Below, piece by piece: positions 55,391 through 58,795 of a stretch of DNA of 58,795 bases (the stretch's first letter is position 1; every line of letters starts with the position of its first letter). Below the pieces are notes generated by a model that was not told the origin of the DNA, ran no database searches, and was given only the letters and a program-made list of their open reading frames with translations. Made by a program: the position numbers and the translations under genes. Source of the stretch: Octopus sinensis (Eukaryota); assembly GCF_006345805.1 (NCBI RefSeq), contig NW_021835513.1, positions 1-58,795 on the forward strand, given 5' to 3'.

Positions 55391-56904
55391 TAGTAGAATC
55401 GTTACCGCTCTTGACAAATTGCTTAGCGGCATGTTGTTCGGCTTTACGCTCTGAGTTTCTCTATCCTAGACGGATACTGTGAAAACAATTAGGGGCCCCT
55501 CATTACTCGTGGTTTTACGAAGCTTTCTGTCGCCAAACAAGAATATTTCTGAATTCAGGCGTTCAGACGGATTGACATTACACATGGCAGTAAACCGAAA
55601 GCTGTGGACCTGACAAGAACGACTTGTATAATCAGAGTCGACCTGCAATCAATAATGACTAAGGGGTTACTCTACACACCACAACCCCTGACACTTTAGA
55701 AACAGACCCTCAATAACGATGCACTAAGACTCATACCCAGGGTTGTATTGGCGCCGCGTATTTGGCATCGCTGATTCAACGATGAACTATTTAATATCAG
55801 ACGTCTTAATGCTTCCCTTGTTTTTTCCCCAACCGTTTCCCTCTACACATGTGTGAGAATTTTTCTTTTTATGTCTATGATTGTTTATGTGAACCGTTTT
55901 CAGTTATTGAATTATAATGTGTCTCTCCTCTACTTCCTCTCAAATTACCTTAATCTCGACGTGTATATTCCTACTCAATCGTCCGCGTGTGAATACGTGT
56001 GCGTGTTTGTCGCCAGTGCCAAAAAGTACTCTCGTCAAAACCAGCTAAATGTTCTGTCAAACCTGCCCAAGAGCAGCACCCAGTCGCCTAATGCCCTTCT
56101 CGTTTTCAAACGTTATTAACTCAGGCGTCTTGGTTGAATATATTCTTTAAAAGAAGAAAAAAGCTCTGTGTAATTTGATGAAGAGTTCACTGCTATTTCT
56201 CGCATCCACTGTCAACATAGACGCTTCATTATTCACATCTTCATAATTTATTTCTAAGCCATTCAGTTTTAGATTTCATAGGAAACGAGAGAGAAGTAGT
56301 TTCTGTTTGGTTGTCTGAGACATTTTAAGTGAATCTTAGTTTTAATCATTTTCTGTTTAAAATCCAATCAATTATTTCTTAGTAACAAGCAGCAAACAAG
56401 ACAACAATTTAATGAAATTGTTGAATCACTATGATTAGTGACAATACGGAAAGTATTAGTTCGTTCTCTCAATCTACAGCGACATTCATATGGAAAGTAC
56501 TGAATAACACATTTGCTCTCCATTCTTCGTTCTGTCCCATTTTTGCTGTATCGTTGCTGTTACTCTTGTCGTAATTCTCGTCGTTCTTCAGTTCTGAGGT
56601 GGCTTGGTTTAACTTTGCGTAATATTAAAAATCTTTCGAACAGGTAAAATTTAACTCTCTTCTCTTAATTTGTTTTTGTTTTCTGATGTTATAGAATACA
56701 CCAAATGGCGTCGTCTTTATTTATTAAATCACATTTCCTCATTTTCTGAGACGTTAGCTTATGATGCGATAGAGAATTATCTGTTATTTCTAGCAGACCG
56801 ATATACCGCATAGAATGTACATCGTTGCTTTCCAACTAAAGATGTTTGTGGACTGCCGATATCAAGGAATGGAAAAAATAAAAGAAAAAACAAGAATCTG
56901 GTTA

Positions 56905-57255
56905 TACTCTTTTACTCCTTTACTCTTTTACTTGTTTCAGTCATTTGACTGCGGCCATGCTGGAGCACCGCCTTTAGTCGAGCAAATCGACCCCGGGACT
57001 TATTCTTTGTAAACCCAGTACTTATTCTATCGGTCTCTTTTGCCGAACCGCTAAGTGTCAATCAATGCTAGGGGAACAAACACACGCACATATATATATA
57101 TACATATATACGACAGGCTTCTTTCAGTTTCCGTCTACAAAATCCACTCACAAGGCCCGGGGCTATAGCAGAAGACACTTGCCCAAGATGGGACTGAACC
57201 CGGAACCATGTGGTTGGTAAACAAGCTAATTACCACACAGCCACTCCTGCGCCTA
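56905..57255 (-). mobile_element. SINE family B with short internal deletions
   Basis: Family B head, core and tail. Confidence 0.9.
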
Positions 57256-57559
57256 TACATACAATACACTAGAGAGGGAATAGAAGAATGTTATAGGAGA
57301 ATCATCAACACACGCACGTGACAGGTGATCTTACCGATGGCAATAAATAACAACTAAGTGATCTGTCAGCGGGGAGTTAACGGTGTTTTTCTGTTTGATT
57401 TAATCATTTCTGATCCCTGTTAGACGTAAGTCGCATTGTTAATTATCTGTTGAAGGTCTCCCGTAAGGACGAACCTATTTGTTGAACCTCATTGTTGAAT
57501 TGTTGAATTGTTAGATGCTGCTTTTCTGTGATTTTATAATTGTTTTCCTCCCCATTTAA

Positions 57560-58180
57560 AGGTGAACTAGAGAAAAAAGGAAGGCTGGAAAACGAACTAG
57601 TCCTAGCCGGCAGCTATGCTTCAGCCATTGGAAGAGGTTTAAATGAGGACATATTACAGGTTCGAGAGGCGAAAATGGAGCAAAAGAAGTTAAAGGAGTT
57701 CCACAGACTTATCGAGAAGCATTGAACCAGTTTGAGGTTGACACCGCCGGAAAATTTGACAGCGAGCGTAACGAAGCGGACAATGTTGTAAAAAATGCTG
57801 TCCTCGGCAACGAATAGAATTGAAATAGCTACTGTGGGAGATATAGAGGAGTGATTAGGGGAAGTAAAAAAAACCCACAACATTCTATACCAGAGGGAAG
57901 AAGTACGGCACAGCGGAGGTAAACTTCGCGAGAAAACAAGACGCGATAAACCAATCCATTGTGGCGCTATAGACACCAGACTGGGTACTTCTGCCAACTT
58001 ACTGTGGCAAACGAGTGGTCAGGGTAAGGATTGGCAGAGTACCCCCAGAGATTGAGGAGGCGTGGTTGGTGGCAGCCATTATGTAAAATATGGAGGAAGA
58101 CGAAAAGGTTTTAACAGCAATGAGAGCGAAAGAGGTAAACTGGTGGAGATACGGCCGCGAGGTGGCGGTCCAGGTAAGTT
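57560..58180 (+). pseudogene. Decayed L1/Tx1-like LINE ORF1 (RRM-like region)
   Basis: Purine-rich, coding-like segment with several stops and frameshifts: SYASAIG.., KYGTAEVNFARKQDA..WVLLPTYCGKRVVRVRIGRVPPEIEEAWLVAAIM/KYG. It resembles the V.V..VPP.I....L...L..YG motif of Tx1 ORF1. Confidence 0.45.
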
Positions 58181-58697
58181 TGCATCTGCACCCATGTCAT
58201 CACAGAGAGTATTTGGAAGCCAAAACATAGACGCCCTCTATGAACGTATTACAAAAGACGTCAAGAAGGAATGGACACATCGGAATTATTCAATTTTGAA
58301 TAAATTTCTCACCTCTTTCGTTAAACAACGTATAATTTTCTAAATTAATTCATTAATACAGAGTTAACAAATCGAGAAGTCATCAGAGAAGAGTGTTTAA
58401 CTGCTAAAAACTCTACAAAAACGAAGTAGAAAATAGTTACCATTGAATGCATAACATAAAGACAGACCTGTCAGACGACAACTCATTCTGACAACTGTGT
58501 AGAATGTACATCCACTTACAGCTAATAATAGAGTTGGGGCGAGAAGTTGACAGGTCATTGATATTGATGAAGATGCTATATGTCTTGGGAAAATATACGG
58601 GCAACAGTATTTACATCACTCTCTTACGCTCTCACTCACCCACTCAATCATTCACTCAACACACACTCTCTCTCTATATATATATCTTTATCAATCA

Positions 58698-58765
<68 letters not shown>

Positions 58766-58795
58766 GTCTATCTGTCTATCTATCTATCTAGGCTT

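Noticed and set aside
58306-58390. Minus-strand TTCT-CTGATGA...CGAAAGAGGTG-AGAA
   Set aside because: Stems II and III do not pair and the cleavage-site base would be G.

Overview
An extremely AT-rich, microsatellite-saturated eukaryotic window (intergenic or deep intronic). The repeat families resemble those I associate with Octopus/coleoid cephalopods; this is an inference, not a database match. I found no intact host protein-coding gene, and nearly all ORFs in the track are translated simple repeats. Supportable content: (i) several tRNA-derived SINE families, here called A, B, C and D, some with target-site duplications, swapped modules and tandem arrays; (ii) decayed transposon ORFs: Penelope-like GIY-YIG, a Helitron RepHel N-terminus with STPR-like repeats, a DD37D (maT) transposase, mariner MITEs, an RTE 3' end and an L1/Tx1-like ORF1; (iii) a set of sequence-diverse minimal type I hammerhead ribozyme (HHR) motifs, 4 near-intact and about 7 broken. 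Most HHRs have a palindromic stem III and sit in 200-400 bp islands in or next to TA-rich microsatellites; two are enclosed in long fold-back inverted repeats. This looks like a diverse population of Penelope-derived, ribozyme-bearing non-autonomous elements. SINE-C also shows unusual tandem and head-to-head architectures whose junctions map to one RNA hairpin.
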